The notes beneath the pieces are model-generated. The model was not told where the DNA came from. It ran no database searches and worked only from the letters and a program-made list of their open reading frames with translations. A program made the position numbers and the translations under genes. Shown here piece after piece: positions 1 to 10,223 of a stretch of DNA of 32,815 nt. Numbering within the stretch: position 1 is the stretch's first letter; each line of letters opens with the position of its first letter. Source of the stretch: Clostridiaceae bacterium (GTDB lineage Bacteria; Bacillota; Clostridia; Christensenellales; CAG-138). The stretch covers positions 1 through 32,815 of the forward strand of contig JBDKRF010000016.1 in the NCBI GenBank assembly GCA_039683525.1, given 5' to 3'.

Positions 1-1123
1 TCTGCGAAAAATCGAGCCGCGCTTCGCTCTTTTTGATCTCCTCCAGCTTCGGCCGCGTGACGGGATGCTGCGGCACGAACACGGTGCAGCAGTCCTCAAA
101 CGGCAGGATCGAGGTTTCATAGGAGCCGATCGCCTTCGCGCGGGTGACGATCTCCTCTTTGTCGAAGCCGATCAGCGGGCGGAAGACGGGCATGGTGACC
201 GCGTCGTTGGTGACGGTCAGGCTCTCGATGGTCTGGCTCGCCACCTGACCGATGGATTCGCCGGTGATCAGCGCCTGCGCGCCGCAGGTAAGCGCGATCT
301 TTTCCGCAATCTGCATCATCAGCCTACGCATGAGCACCGTGGTTTCGCTCTTGGGGCATTTTTCGTAGATTGCGAGCTGGATTTCGGTAAACGGAACGAG
401 ATACAGCCCGACCTCGCCCGCGTAGCTCGCGAGGATGTGCGTGAGGTCGACTACCTTTTCGCGCGCGCGTTCGCTGGTGTAGGGGTAGCTATAAAAGTGA
501 ACGGCGGAGATGCGTACGCCGCGCTTGGCAATCATGTGTCCCGCGACGGGGCTGTCGATACCGCCGGAGATCAGCAGCATGGCGTGTCCGTTTGTGCCGA
601 CCGGCATGCCGCCCGCGCCGAGTAACTCATCGGCGAAGATAAACGCCTGATCCTGACGCACCTCGACGCCGACGTAGAAGTCGGGGGTGTGTACGTCCAC
701 GCGCAGCGCGGGAAACGCATCCAGCAACAGCCCGCCTAACACGCGGCAGATGTCCATGGAGCGCATGGCAAAGCGCTTGTCCGCGCGGCGGGCAATTACC
801 TTAAAGCTCGCCTGCGGGATGCCTTCCATACGGCGGGCGACGAGTGCTATGGAAGCCTCCACTATCGCGTCCCAGTCCTTCTCCACCGCCAGTGCGGGGC
901 TGACGGAGTGGATGCCGAAGACGCGCGTGAGTTTGTTTGCCGCCCCATCCATCGACTCCGCCGGGATGCCGAAGACGAACACGCGCCCTTGCTCGCGGAC
1001 GACCTTGACCGAGAGCGGACGGAGGGCGAGCGAGATACGCTTCATAAGACTGCGCTCAAAATAGGGGCGGTTTAAACCCTTGAGGTGGATTTCTGCGTAG
1101 CGAACGAGCATGACTGCTTCCAT
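1..1123 (-). CDS. thiI: tRNA 4-thiouridine synthase / sulfurtransferase ThiI (3' end cut by window edge)
   Basis: Absent from the ORF track because it runs off the window. The reverse complement from ATG 1123..1121 (GGAGA 7 nt upstream) reads MEAVMLVRYAEIHLKGLNRPYFE (THUMP-type N-terminus). Further on it reads GTNGHAMLLISGGIDSPVAGHMIAKRG (PP-loop SGGxDS, in frame). The frame stays open to base 1. Confidence 0.9.
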   Translation of the reverse strand, partial: MEAVMLVRYAEIHLKGLNRPYFERSLMKRISLALRPLSVKVVREQGRVFVFGIPAESMDGAANKLTRVFGIHSVSPALAVEKDWDAIVEASIALVARRMEGIPQASFKVIARRADKRFAMRSMDICRVLGGLLLDAFPALRVDVHTPDFYVGVEVRQDQAFIFADELLGAGGMPVGTNGHAMLLISGGIDSPVAGHMIAKRGVRISAVHFYSYPYTSERAREKVVDLTHILASYAGEVGLYLVPFTEIQLAIYEKCPKSETTVLMRRLMMQIAEKIALTCGAQALITGESIGQVASQTIESLTVTNDAVTMPVFRPLIGFDKEEIVTRAKAIGSYETSILPFEDCCTVFVPQHPVTRPKLEEIKKSEARLDFSQ

Positions 1124-1182
1124 GTGATTCTCCAAATTCGTATGTTTCTGTTGAGGAAATGAGATCCGCTTACAACCGATCG

Positions 1183-2328
1183 TTATCTGCGCTGAAAGCG
1201 GCGTAAAAACGCAACCTGTTCGACGAGTGCTTGCGAAGCCGTGTCCATTTCTTCCAGTGTGCTAAAGGGACACAGGCTGAAGCGGAGCGCGCCTTCCGCG
1301 CGGGCACCGGTGATGCCCATCGCGGCGTGAATCCGGTTTTGCCCCTTCTTATGCGTGGAGCAGGCACTGCCGGTGGAGACGAAAATCTCCCGCTCGGAGA
1401 GCGCGTTGGCCAGCACCTCGCCGCGTACGCCGGGGAAAGAGATGTTGAGAATGTGTGCAGCTCCCTCTTCCGGCACGGGGCCGTTGAGGCACACATCCGC
1501 AATCGTGCTCAGGTTTTGCCAGAGTCGGAGCTTGCAATCTCGCATGTTCGCAATCCACTTCGCCTGATGCGACTGATATTGCTCCAGCGCGGCGTCAAGG
1601 CCTAGGATACCGGGCACATTCAGTGTGCCGGAACGAAGATTTTTCTCCTGACCTCCGCCGATCTGCCCGCCCGTGAATTTGACACCGTTTTTGACATACA
1701 GCGCGCCGATGCCCTTTGGCGCATGAAACTTATGCGCGCTGATGCTGTAAAGATCGACCGGTAGCTTTGCGTAGAGGAGCTTGCAGAACGCCTGCACCCC
1801 GTCCGAATGCAGCAGCGCGGCCGGAGCATGCTTTTTGATCAGCGCGGAGATGGCGGTAAGGTCGTTGATCGCGCCAACCTCGTTATTGACTTGCATGACG
1901 CTCACCAGCGCGGTGTCCTCGGTCAGCTCCCGTTCCAGCTTCGATAGATTGACTGTGCCATTCGCGTGGAGCCCCACAAAGACGACCTCGGTATCAGCCG
2001 CTGCTTCCAGCGAGCGGAAAACTTCGTAGACTGAGGGATGCTCACCTGCGGTGGTGATGATTCGCTTCTTCCCGCGCATGGATTTCAGCGCACCCAGAAT
2101 TGCCATGTTGTTGGACTCCGTCCCGCCGGAGGTATACAGAAGCTCGCCGGGAGCGCTGTACAGCGCGGCGGAAAGGCGAGCGCGCGCGGACTCCACCGCT
2201 TTTTCGGTGGCTACGGCGGGCTTATATGCGCTGGCCGGGTTATAAAAAAGCTCGGTCATCGCGCGAAAAGCAGCGTCCGCCGATTCCGGCAGAACGCGCG
2301 TGGTGGCACTGTTGTCGAGATAGATCAT
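1183..2328 (-). CDS. cysteine desulfurase, class V aminotransferase (NifS/IscS/NifZ type)
   Basis: 381-aa ORF with PLP-lysine motif SAHKFHAPKGIGALY and active-site Cys loop STGSACS. It lies 59 nt upstream of thiI on the same strand, the Firmicute nifZ-thiI arrangement. Confidence 0.9.
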   Translation of the reverse strand: MIYLDNSATTRVLPESADAAFRAMTELFYNPASAYKPAVATEKAVESARARLSAALYSAPGELLYTSGGTESNNMAILGALKSMRGKKRIITTAGEHPSVYEVFRSLEAAADTEVVFVGLHANGTVNLSKLERELTEDTALVSVMQVNNEVGAINDLTAISALIKKHAPAALLHSDGVQAFCKLLYAKLPVDLYSISAHKFHAPKGIGALYVKNGVKFTGGQIGGGQEKNLRSGTLNVPGILGLDAALEQYQSHQAKWIANMRDCKLRLWQNLSTIADVCLNGPVPEEGAAHILNISFPGVRGEVLANALSEREIFVSTGSACSTHKKGQNRIHAAMGITGARAEGALRFSLCPFSTLEEMDTASQALVEQVAFLRRFQRR

Positions 2329-2438
2329 TTACGCTCACTCCGATGATAGGATCGCTTCGCGCACAGTAAAAAGCGCGCATTGGCAGTATAGCACAAAAAC
2401 GCGCGCTTTGCTCGGTTTTTCAGTTTTAGAAGCGGTTG

Positions 2439-3407
2439 TCAGCCTTTGAACTTGTCCTTCAGATATCCATACCCCTGCGTATCCAGCTCGTCAAACGGCA
2501 CAAAGCGCAAGGAAGTGCCGTTGATGCAGTATCGAATGCCATTGGGGGACTCCGCGTCTCCTTCAAACAGGTGACCCAAATGCGAGTCACCCGCGCGGGA
2601 GCGAACCTCCACGCGGCGCATGCAATGGCTGCTGTCCGTGCGCTCGACTACGACGGAAGGCTCGACCGGCTTGGTGAACGAAGGCCAGCCGCAGGAGGAA
2701 TGGTACATGTCGTCCGAGGTGAACAGCGGTTCACCTGTGACGACGTCCACATACAGCCCGCGCGTTTTGCTGCCGTAAAACTCACTGGTAAACGGGCTCT
2801 CCGTCGCGCTCTGCTGGGTCACGGCGAACTGCTCTGGCGTGAGGGAGGCGCGAATCTGTGATTCATCCGGCTTGCGATAGCGTCCCGCGTCGATGGTGCC
2901 CTTGGAAAGGCGCGCAATCTCTGCAAACGGAATATGGCAGTAGCCGTTGGGGTTCTTATCCAGATAGTCCTGATGATATTCCTCCGCGGGAAAGAAGTTG
3001 ACGAGCGGGCCAATCTCCACCGAAAAGCGAGGCGTACGCGCGCGTTCGATGGCGGCGACATGCTCCACGACCGCCTGCGACTCCGCGTCGGCATAATAGA
3101 TGCCCGCCTGATACTGCGTGCCGGTGTCGTGCCCCTGACGATTGACCGCTGTGGGGTCGACGACCTCGAAATAGGCAAACAGCAGCTGATCGAGGCTCAC
3201 ACGATTGGGGTCATAGGTGACCTTGACCGTCTCGCGAAATCCTGTTTTGCCGGTGCATACGGTTTTATAATCTGCATCCCGCTCGCCGGTTCCATTGGCA
3301 TAGCCGCTTTCGGCGTCCAGCACGCCGGGGATGGACTGCATGAGTTTCTCCATGCCCCAGAAGCACCCGCCCGCGAGATAGATGACGCGTTTCTCATTCT
3401 GTTCCAT
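2439..3407 (-). CDS. msrAB: bifunctional peptide-methionine sulfoxide reductase MsrA/MsrB
   Basis: 322-aa ORF with the N-terminal MsrA motif GGCFWG and the C-terminal MsrB motif GIRYCINGTSLRF. GGAGA lies upstream of the ATG. Confidence 0.93.
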   Translation of the reverse strand: MEQNEKRVIYLAGGCFWGMEKLMQSIPGVLDAESGYANGTGERDADYKTVCTGKTGFRETVKVTYDPNRVSLDQLLFAYFEVVDPTAVNRQGHDTGTQYQAGIYYADAESQAVVEHVAAIERARTPRFSVEIGPLVNFFPAEEYHQDYLDKNPNGYCHIPFAEIARLSKGTIDAGRYRKPDESQIRASLTPEQFAVTQQSATESPFTSEFYGSKTRGLYVDVVTGEPLFTSDDMYHSSCGWPSFTKPVEPSVVVERTDSSHCMRRVEVRSRAGDSHLGHLFEGDAESPNGIRYCINGTSLRFVPFDELDTQGYGYLKDKFKG

Positions 3408-3508
3408 AGTATGATCTCCTTTGTGAGCAAATCTGCTTACACTTGAATGTTAGCATCTACAAAACGCTCTGTCGAGAGACGAGGTCACACAATGATGCCT
3501 TTAACTGT

Positions 3509-3534
3509 ATAAAAAAGCCCGCATAAAGCGGGCG
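3509..3534 (-). terminator. intrinsic terminator after membrane-protein gene 3541..4164
   Basis: On the minus strand, GCCCGC-TTTAT-GCGGGC is followed by TTTTTTAT. Confidence 0.7.
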
Positions 3535-3540
3535 ATTGGG

Positions 3541-4164
3541 TTAAGCCGGGGTTTTCTTCGCCGGACGCTTCGGGAGCAAGCGAACCAGCATCAGCACAGA
3601 GAAGACGCAAAGCACGATCATACACAATAGGATAAGGCTTGCGAGTACGATTGCAAGAAGCGGGTTCTTCAAACTTTGGAAATCAAACTCAAACGACCTG
3701 ATATTCTTTGAATAGATCACAGAAGAACCGATTTGCAGCACGAGAAGCTCAAGAGATACTAAGATGACGGGTTTCCTCATGTAGTTCGCTGCTCGCGATG
3801 ATAGATACAACAGAAGGCTCCCGACATTGGACAAAGGGATGCCGAGCAAAGGAACGGCAAGAAACACGATTAAGGTTGGATCGCCTACTAGGATGAGGCC
3901 AAAAGCGCTCATGTTGACTGCGAATAGAAACGGCGCAAAAACAAGCATTGCTGCGGCAATCGCGAGGCCGTACGGCTTCCGCTTGCGCGGCGGATGCGGC
4001 TCAACCTGCTCGGACGGCGGAGTCGGATCGAGCGTTTGTAACGGCGCGCTCTCCGGCAAATCGGAAAGCGCAACAGAAGTCTCTTCTGCGGGTAGTTCCT
4101 GCGACTTTTGTTCGAGACGTTTGCCACGCATATTCACGTGGCGGATGACGATCGGGCTGTGCAA
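3541..4164 (-). CDS. hypothetical membrane protein, paralogue 1 (Pro-rich N-terminus plus about 4 TM helices)
   Basis: 207-aa ORF with a TTG start 6 nt after GAAGGAAGG. It shares blocks with 4245..4877: PPRKRKP / PRKRNP, LLLYLSSRAANYMRKPV / LILYFAARAAQYLRKTI and LLCMIVLCVFSVLMLVR / LLCMIALCVFSVLMLFR. I recognise no family. Confidence 0.7.
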   Translation of the reverse strand: MHSPIVIRHVNMRGKRLEQKSQELPAEETSVALSDLPESAPLQTLDPTPPSEQVEPHPPRKRKPYGLAIAAAMLVFAPFLFAVNMSAFGLILVGDPTLIVFLAVPLLGIPLSNVGSLLLYLSSRAANYMRKPVILVSLELLVLQIGSSVIYSKNIRSFEFDFQSLKNPLLAIVLASLILLCMIVLCVFSVLMLVRLLPKRPAKKTPA

Positions 4165-4244
4165 GTGCGGCCTTCCTTCTCTTAACGAAATTGAAACGGT
4201 TTCCTCTCAACGCTTACTCTTCTATGAGGATTATTCTGTCCGGC

Positions 4245-4877
4245 TTATGTCGCGGGGCTTTCAGTTTTTCTAAATACGCGAAACAGCATCAGCACGCTAA
4301 ACACGCACAGCGCGATCATGCAAAGCAGTGAGATCGCGACACAGATCAACGCGATCCAGCCTGCGACCGGGCTGAGGCCTGCGCTTGTCGCATCGACTGC
4401 GGCGAGCGGTTTTGCATATATGAAGGAGCTGACAATCGGCAGCAACACCGCGGCGAGTGTGGTGAAGCCGATGGTTTTCCGCAGATACTGCGCGGCACGA
4501 GCTGCGAAATACAGAATCAGACCGCCGATGTAGGAGGAGAACCGTACGATCAGCATGATCATCGGAAACATCAAGACCGGAAGTGGCTGACCGGTCAACG
4601 CGCCGTGGAAAAAATAAACCGCTGCGAACAGAACCGGCAGATAGATGAAAACCGTTCCGATGATGGAGATCACCTTCGGGTTTCTCTTGCGCGGCGTGCG
4701 CGGCGGAGTCGCCGAAGCCGGCGTGTGCGCCGGCAACGGAGAGAGCGGAGGAAGCGGCATATCCTCCGGAGGCACGGAGAGTGCGGAGATAATATTGTCC
4801 GTCACGCTATTTTCTTCCGCGAGATTTGGGCGTTTGCCGATCATCTTTTTCGGGTCGGTGTTGATTTTATATTGCAT
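4245..4877 (-). CDS. hypothetical membrane protein, paralogue 2
   Basis: 210-aa ORF with GGAG 7 nt upstream of the ATG. It has the same architecture and conserved blocks as 3541..4164. Confidence 0.72.
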   Translation of the reverse strand: MQYKINTDPKKMIGKRPNLAEENSVTDNIISALSVPPEDMPLPPLSPLPAHTPASATPPRTPRKRNPKVISIIGTVFIYLPVLFAAVYFFHGALTGQPLPVLMFPMIMLIVRFSSYIGGLILYFAARAAQYLRKTIGFTTLAAVLLPIVSSFIYAKPLAAVDATSAGLSPVAGWIALICVAISLLCMIALCVFSVLMLFRVFRKTESPAT

Positions 4878-4921
4878 ATACGAGCTCCATTTCAGATAGG
4901 CTTACTCAGATCAGCGATCAG

Positions 4922-5380
4922 TTACTCTTCCACGAGCACTTGCGACGGCTGCTTTGCAAAGAGCCTCCGGATCAGCAGGATGCCGAGGATCGCGAGAGCA
5001 ACCACGATGAAATTATATACAACGATCGCGGCGATGACCACGCCGAAGACCGCGCCGTTTTCCGCCAGTGCACCGGAAGCCAGACCCGACACGCTGGCGA
5101 AGATCTGCCCGCTGGTCAAAGCGACAAGCGCCGCCACGCTGCCCCAGCCGAACCACTTGCGAAACGTCTTACACAACAGACTCGCAAGTACAAGTAGCAC
5201 CAGACCCAGCGCGACAATCGGGAATAGTTCCGCGAGCATGAGATAATCAAACAGCAGGGCTTTGCCCAGTATGCTGCCAATGATCGCAGTCACAAACATA
5301 AACAGGATCGGCGCCCAGAGCAGGAGCGTTCCCGCGATGGCGAAAATCTTGGTGAGCACGGATTTTTGTTTTGGATTCAT
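4922..5380 (-). CDS. hypothetical 4-TM membrane protein (shorter, distant paralogue 3)
   Basis: The track ORF runs to 5554, but GGAGG sits 7 nt upstream of the internal ATG at 5380 (MNPKQKSVLTKIF...). The product is 152 aa and hydrophobic throughout. Its C-terminal block ILGILLIRRLFAKQP resembles the tails of the two upstream proteins. Confidence 0.6.
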   Translation of the reverse strand: MNPKQKSVLTKIFAIAGTLLLWAPILFMFVTAIIGSILGKALLFDYLMLAELFPIVALGLVLLVLASLLCKTFRKWFGWGSVAALVALTSGQIFASVSGLASGALAENGAVFGVVIAAIVVYNFIVVALAILGILLIRRLFAKQPSQVLVEE

Positions 5381-5600
5381 TTGAGTGCCTCCGATCAAAG
5401 TTTGAAGGGTTCGGGAATCGCATCGATCCGATAAACAGGAAATAGAAGTAGGTTTCTGTTGCTTCAAATTATATCGGAAAACTTCATTAGTGAACAGACC
5501 AAACCATGAACCGAGTTTCTCCGTTTTGCCAACCATTTTTACTTGTCTTCGCATAGGAAATGTGTATACTTGAAACAGATCATATGGGGGAGAGAATCAT

Positions 5601-6110
5601 ATGCATGCAACCGACTTTTCCTCCGAATGGGACGCGCGGGACGACCTGGTCGAGCAACTGAAACGAGAGAACTGCCTGCCAAAGCGCGTGCTATATGTAC
5701 GAAAAAACGACGGCAGCACGCTCGCGCTGGGGCTCTTGCCCGATCATGCGGGGCTCACGCTGATCGACTGGCAGGGGGAGCGTTACACGCTTAGCGTGCT
5801 GCGGGAGCCGAAGCTCGTTGCAGAACCGTTTGAGCAGAAGTCGGACGGATTCGGCTGCGTATTCGGTTTTGGCGAAAAGGGTGGAAACGGCTGGCAGCTC
5901 GACGTTTACGAAAAAGATGTGTTGCTTGCCGAGGCGACGCTGTTACCGACCATTACCGCGTTTGCGGATTTGCTTACGCCGGACGATCGCTTTCTTTACG
6001 GCAGACGAAAACCGCGCCAGATTCCGCTCTGGCAGCTCAAGCCGGAAGAGCGCTCACTTTGTGAAGCGGTGGTTTCGCTCTGGGCACGCCTGGCGCGCGA
6101 AGGGGCTTAA
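5601..6110 (+). CDS. hypothetical protein
   Basis: 169-aa ORF with GGGGGAGAG upstream of the ATG and coding-like composition. I recognise no motif. Confidence 0.55.
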   Translation: MHATDFSSEWDARDDLVEQLKRENCLPKRVLYVRKNDGSTLALGLLPDHAGLTLIDWQGERYTLSVLREPKLVAEPFEQKSDGFGCVFGFGEKGGNGWQLDVYEKDVLLAEATLLPTITAFADLLTPDDRFLYGRRKPRQIPLWQLKPEERSLCEAVVSLWARLAREGA

Positions 6111-6128
6111 GCGCAAGATGCGCCGTCG

Positions 6129-6650
6129 CTATTCGTCTGTTTCGTTATACGCGTACCAGTCGGATTCGTCCAGATCGTGCGCCCGTAGGATGCCGTTGCA
6201 GTAGCCGACGTTATACATGATGTGCCGCGTCTGCGAAAAAATCGCGTCCAATAGCGTGACATCCGGCTCCTGCAAAAAGGCTGGACGGGCAAGATCGGAA
6301 TCCGTGCGTGCGGCAAAGATGCGCACAAGCTTTTGCCGGATCAGGCGCAGATAGAGACGCATGATCTCGCGCGAAAGATAAGCATCCTGCGGAACCGCCC
6401 ACTCGAACTCCGGCGGAATGCGCGGGTCGAAGCGCAGGCTGGGAAAGCTTGCACTCAAGCGGTCTTCGCGAAACCAGTAATCGACAAAATACGCCGTGTG
6501 ATACACCTGATACCAAAACGGCACTTCGCCGTATACGCTCTGCCATATCTCGTCCGGGCAGACGTCGACCAGCGTCTCCAGCATTTGATAGCTGGAGAAG
6601 ATCTGTCCTCTGGCGGATGCAAGCAGTGGATTTTGAACATCGGATTCCAT
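6129..6650 (-). CDS. hypothetical protein, possibly DinB/YfiT-like helical bundle
   Basis: The track ORF is trimmed to the internal ATG at 6650, which is preceded by GAGGAA (MESDVQNPLL...). His-containing helices (WYQVYHTAYFVDYW, SQTRHIMYNVGY) are reminiscent of the DinB superfamily, but the family call is weak. Confidence 0.45.
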   Translation of the reverse strand: MESDVQNPLLASARGQIFSSYQMLETLVDVCPDEIWQSVYGEVPFWYQVYHTAYFVDYWFREDRLSASFPSLRFDPRIPPEFEWAVPQDAYLSREIMRLYLRLIRQKLVRIFAARTDSDLARPAFLQEPDVTLLDAIFSQTRHIMYNVGYCNGILRAHDLDESDWYAYNETDE

Positions 6651-6864
6651 CGGTTTCCTCACACTGTAGAATAACATTAGTAGATTTTGCGCTCGGTTGG
6701 AGCGCTTTTTTGATGCGACAACACTCGCTTGTATGAGTGTATCACAACTGCCGCGCACAATACAGAGCGTAAGATTGCTTCCTCTATTATGGATTATTTG
6801 GGAGAATAACAAACGGACTGCCCGATCAGAGGCAGCCCGGTTTTTACTTGAACGCGATTCCGAC

Positions 6865-7563
6865 TTAGTTGATGCTTTGGAAATAGGCAAGCGCATCATC
6901 AGTGGAGTTGCCAGCCATATCTGTGATCGTAATCGTCGAAAGATAGGACCCTTTGAGAATCAGGAATATGCGCTCGCCCAGCGAAACGCCCTGATACTCT
7001 GCCGATACAAAGGTCGCCGCGTGCTCTTTGCCCAGAACGGTGACTGTCTCGTTGGTGTAGGTGATGTTCTTTGCGCCCATATTCTCCAACCCGGCGCTCA
7101 GCAGCGGGATGGAAGCCTCCAGAAGCTGTTTCTCCGTGAGGAAGCGCTGAAGGAGCGTCCCTTTGCCCAGAACGATGTTGATTGTCTGCGTGCCGCTGCC
7201 AGAAACCGCATAAAAGTCCATGGTTGACGTGCCGTCGTCGAGCGATTTCTTGATGACGTCGCTCGCGTCGCCTTCGCCCATCGCGTCTCTGGCCGTGCCT
7301 ATCACCTGATCGACCTCATCCGCGTTGAGCACATACCACTCGTCCGAAAGATTGCAGGTGAAGTTAAAATACTCGTTGCGGTAGACTTCGCCTGCGGCTA
7401 TCGCGTCGTCACTCTGCGCCGCGCTGCCACCGGACGCGGTATCCAACGGCGTGGTCGGGTAGGTGACGCCAAGTACATCGGCGCTGCTGCCAGTGGCGCA
7501 CGCGGTCATGGTAAAACACAGAGTAGCGAGCAGTAGGACTGCGATCATTCGTTTCGCTTTCAT
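6865..7563 (-). CDS. putative lipoprotein
   Basis: The internal ATG at 7563 follows GGAGGG. The N-terminus MKAKRMIAVLLLATLCFTMTAC looks like a signal peptide with a lipobox-like Cys. The upstream extension of the track ORF looks non-coding. Confidence 0.6.
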   Translation of the reverse strand: MKAKRMIAVLLLATLCFTMTACATGSSADVLGVTYPTTPLDTASGGSAAQSDDAIAAGEVYRNEYFNFTCNLSDEWYVLNADEVDQVIGTARDAMGEGDASDVIKKSLDDGTSTMDFYAVSGSGTQTINIVLGKGTLLQRFLTEKQLLEASIPLLSAGLENMGAKNITYTNETVTVLGKEHAATFVSAEYQGVSLGERIFLILKGSYLSTITITDMAGNSTDDALAYFQSIN

Positions 7564-7649
7564 AGACCCTCCAATGTTGTATTGCATTTTCCAATCATAA
7601 CACAATGGAACGATAATCGCACCGATGTGAAATGTGAAATATTCGATCT

Positions 7650-7692
7650 TTACGTAAAACAAAGGCACTCGCCCGATTGGATGAGTGCCTTG
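7650..7692 (-). terminator. intrinsic terminator after the topoisomerase A-subunit gene
   Basis: On the minus strand, AAGGCACTC-12 nt-GAGTGCCTT is followed by TGTTTTAC. Confidence 0.6.
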
Positions 7693-7717
7693 TTGTATGA
7701 GTGGTTTTCGTGAGGAG

Positions 7718-10114
7718 TTATTCGATCCCGATCACGTCGTCGTCCAGCACGACCGCGACGAGCATATTGCCCTTGCCCGCGCGGGGCTCGATGCGCACCT
7801 CTGCCGTGTGGATCGCGGTTTTTGCGCCATGCCGTTGCACGAGGGTAACGGTCTTGGGCTCGGAGAGGACCACAACCGCAGCGACGCAGGTGCCGTTGGA
7901 ACCGTTCTTCTTGAGGTCGAATGTCTTGAGACCCTTTCCGTTTCTGCCCTGCAGGTCGTAGTCAAACATCGGCGAACGCTTGCCGAATCCCTTGTCGGTG
8001 ATGGTCAAAACCTCCGCCTCGTCCGGCACGAGGGCTGCATAGAGTACCTCGTCGCCCTTTTCGAGCTTGATACACTTCACGCCACCGGAGACGCGACCCA
8101 TCGCGGGAATCGTATCCGCAGCAAAGCGGATGCTCATGCCGAGCTTCGTGACCATGAGGATGGATCTGGGCTCGTATTTCTCGATGAATAGCACGCGGTC
8201 TTTGTCCCGGAGCGCGACCGCAGCCGTACGCTTGACGCGGACGCGATATTCGGCAGCCGATGTGCGCTTGATGTTGCCATCGCGCAGGTAGAAGAGATAG
8301 TCGCCTTCCTCATCATCGGAGTAAAGCGCGATGATCTTCTCGTTTTTCTCAAACGGCAGGAGCGAGGCGAGGTTTGCTGCTCTCGTCGTCGCGCGGGTCT
8401 CCGGAAGCTCCTCTACCGCGAGGGACAAGAGCGCACCCTGATCCGTAAATAGCCGGATGCGCTGGTTGGAGCGGGTTTCGAGCACGAACAGAGGCTTATC
8501 CTCCGAAATCGCCGCGAGTGAGAACACCTTCGTCGGCATGCGGCGCACCTTCAGCCCTTCGCAGATGCAGACGGTGACATCCTCGACCACGGTGAAATCC
8601 TCCGCTTCGTCGATTGGCGTTTCGTCGCAGGCGACAAACGTCGTTCTGCGGGAGACGGCGAGCTGCTCGCGAATCTCGACAAGTTCCTTTTTAATCAAAG
8701 CGAGCAGCTTCTTCTCGCTGGCGAGGATGCTGCGGAGCTCTTCGATCAAACGCACCACCTCGGCGTATTCGCGCTTGATGGTGACGAGTTCCATGTTGGT
8801 CAGGCGCTGCAAACGCAGATCGAGAATCGCCTGCGCCTGCACTTCGGAGAGGGCGAACGTCTTCATCAGGCCTTCGCGCGCTTCCTTGGGCGATTTGCTC
8901 GCGCGGATCAATGCAATAACCGCGTCGAGATTGTCCACCGCGATCATGAGACCTGCTAAGATGTGCTCACGCCTAAGCGCCGCGTCCAGCTCAAACTGTG
9001 TGCGGCGGGTGACCACATCCCGCTGATGGCGAATGTAGTGCGCGATGATCTGCTTGAGGTTCAACTGCTGGGGCTTGCCGCCCGCGATGGCGACCATGTT
9101 GACGCCAAACGTCATCTGCAGATCGGAATACTTGAAGAGATATTGCAGAATGCGCTCCGGGTCTCCATCCTTTTTGATCTCGATGACGGCGCGCATGCCT
9201 GTGCGGTCGCTTTCGTCGCGAATATCCGCAATGCCGGAGAACATCGCCTTTTTTTCCTGACTGACGGCGAGAATTTTCTCGAGCATGTTCGCTTTGTTGA
9301 CCTGAAAGGGCAGCTCGGTGATGACGATAAAGGTCTTGCCGTTTTTCTGCTCTTCAAAATGGGTCTTCGCGCGCATATAGATCTTGCCGCGTCCGGTGCG
9401 GTAGGCTTGCTCGACCTCGGAGGATTCGAGGATGAATCCTCCGGTGGGGAAGTCCGGCGCGGGGATGATGTGCATGAGTTCTTCGAGTGTGACGCGGGGG
9501 TTGTCCATCACCGCGATGACGGCGTTGATCGCCTCCACGGGATTATGCGGGGGAATGTTGGTGGCAAGACCCACTGCGATACCGCTGGCACCGTTGACCA
9601 GCAGGTTTGGAAAGCGCCCCGGCAATAAATCCGGCTCCTTGAGCGTATCGTCAAAGTTAAACGAGAAACTGACGGTGTCTTTCTCAATGTCGCGCAGAAG
9701 TTGCATGGCGGCTTCCGTCATGCGTGCCTCGGTATAGCGCATCGCAGCTGCGCTGTCGCCATCCACACTGCCGAAATTGCCGTGACCATCTACAAGCTGA
9801 ACGCACATGTTGTACGGCTGCGCCATGCGCACCATCGCGTCGTAGACGGAGGTGTCGCCGTGCGGATGGTATTTACCCAGACAATCGCCGACGATACGCG
9901 CGCTCTTGCGGTGCGGTTTGTCGGGGGTGAGGCTCAGCTCCAGCATGGTGTAGAGGATACGCCGTTGCACGGGCTTGAGTCCGTCCTCCACGCGCGGGAG
10001 CGCGCGCTCGAGAATGACGTGCTCGGCATACGGAATCATGGACTGGTGCATTACCTCGTCCATGTTTCGCTGGATGATCTTCTCCAGCTTGAGTTGTACG
10101 GGTTCTTTCGGCAT
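7718..10114 (-). CDS. parC: type IIA topoisomerase subunit A (GyrA/ParC family; ParC-like, no GyrA box seen)
   Basis: 798-aa ORF with [12 protein letters not shown] and the catalytic-Tyr motif [10 protein letters not shown]. Where GyrA carries Q(R/K)RGG(K/R)G, the first C-terminal blade reads [30 protein letters not shown]. The gyrase versus topo IV assignment is an inference. Confidence 0.85.
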   Translation of the reverse strand: MPKEPVQLKLEKIIQRNMDEVMHQSMIPYAEHVILERALPRVEDGLKPVQRRILYTMLELSLTPDKPHRKSARIVGDCLGKYHPHGDTSVYDAMVRMAQPYNMCVQLVDGHGNFGSVDGDSAAAMRYTEARMTEAAMQLLRDIEKDTVSFSFNFDDTLKEPDLLPGRFPNLLVNGASGIAVGLATNIPPHNPVEAINAVIAVMDNPRVTLEELMHIIPAPDFPTGGFILESSEVEQAYRTGRGKIYMRAKTHFEEQKNGKTFIVITELPFQVNKANMLEKILAVSQEKKAMFSGIADIRDESDRTGMRAVIEIKKDGDPERILQYLFKYSDLQMTFGVNMVAIAGGKPQQLNLKQIIAHYIRHQRDVVTRRTQFELDAALRREHILAGLMIAVDNLDAVIALIRASKSPKEAREGLMKTFALSEVQAQAILDLRLQRLTNMELVTIKREYAEVVRLIEELRSILASEKKLLALIKKELVEIREQLAVSRRTTFVACDETPIDEAEDFTVVEDVTVCICEGLKVRRMPTKVFSLAAISEDKPLFVLETRSNQRIRLFTDQGALLSLAVEELPETRATTRAANLASLLPFEKNEKIIALYSDDEEGDYLFYLRDGNIKRTSAAEYRVRVKRTAAVALRDKDRVLFIEKYEPRSILMVTKLGMSIRFAADTIPAMGRVSGGVKCIKLEKGDEVLYAALVPDEAEVLTITDKGFGKRSPMFDYDLQGRNGKGLKTFDLKKNGSNGTCVAAVVVLSEPKTVTLVQRHGAKTAIHTAEVRIEPRAGKGNMLVAVVLDDDVIGIE

Positions 10115-10223
10115 ATCAAAAATTCCTTTATCGTCTATCGTCTCTCGAAACGTGCGTTTTTGTTACAGAATCGTAAGATTGCACCATAACTTACGCGCTC
10201 GGTTTTCATCTCCGGGCAGAGAT

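Noticed and set aside
65-1064. Plus-strand ORFs 65..625 and 687..1064
   Set aside because: They are antisense to the ThiI reading frame (PP-loop and THUMP motifs on the minus strand). ThiI is missing from the track only because it runs off the window.
4922-7668. N-terminal extensions of track ORFs 4922..5554, 6129..6899 and 6865..7668
   Set aside because: The extensions lack SD sequences, translate to non-protein-like sequence and (6865..6899) overlap the neighbouring gene. Internal ATGs with good SD sequences give sensible N-termini.
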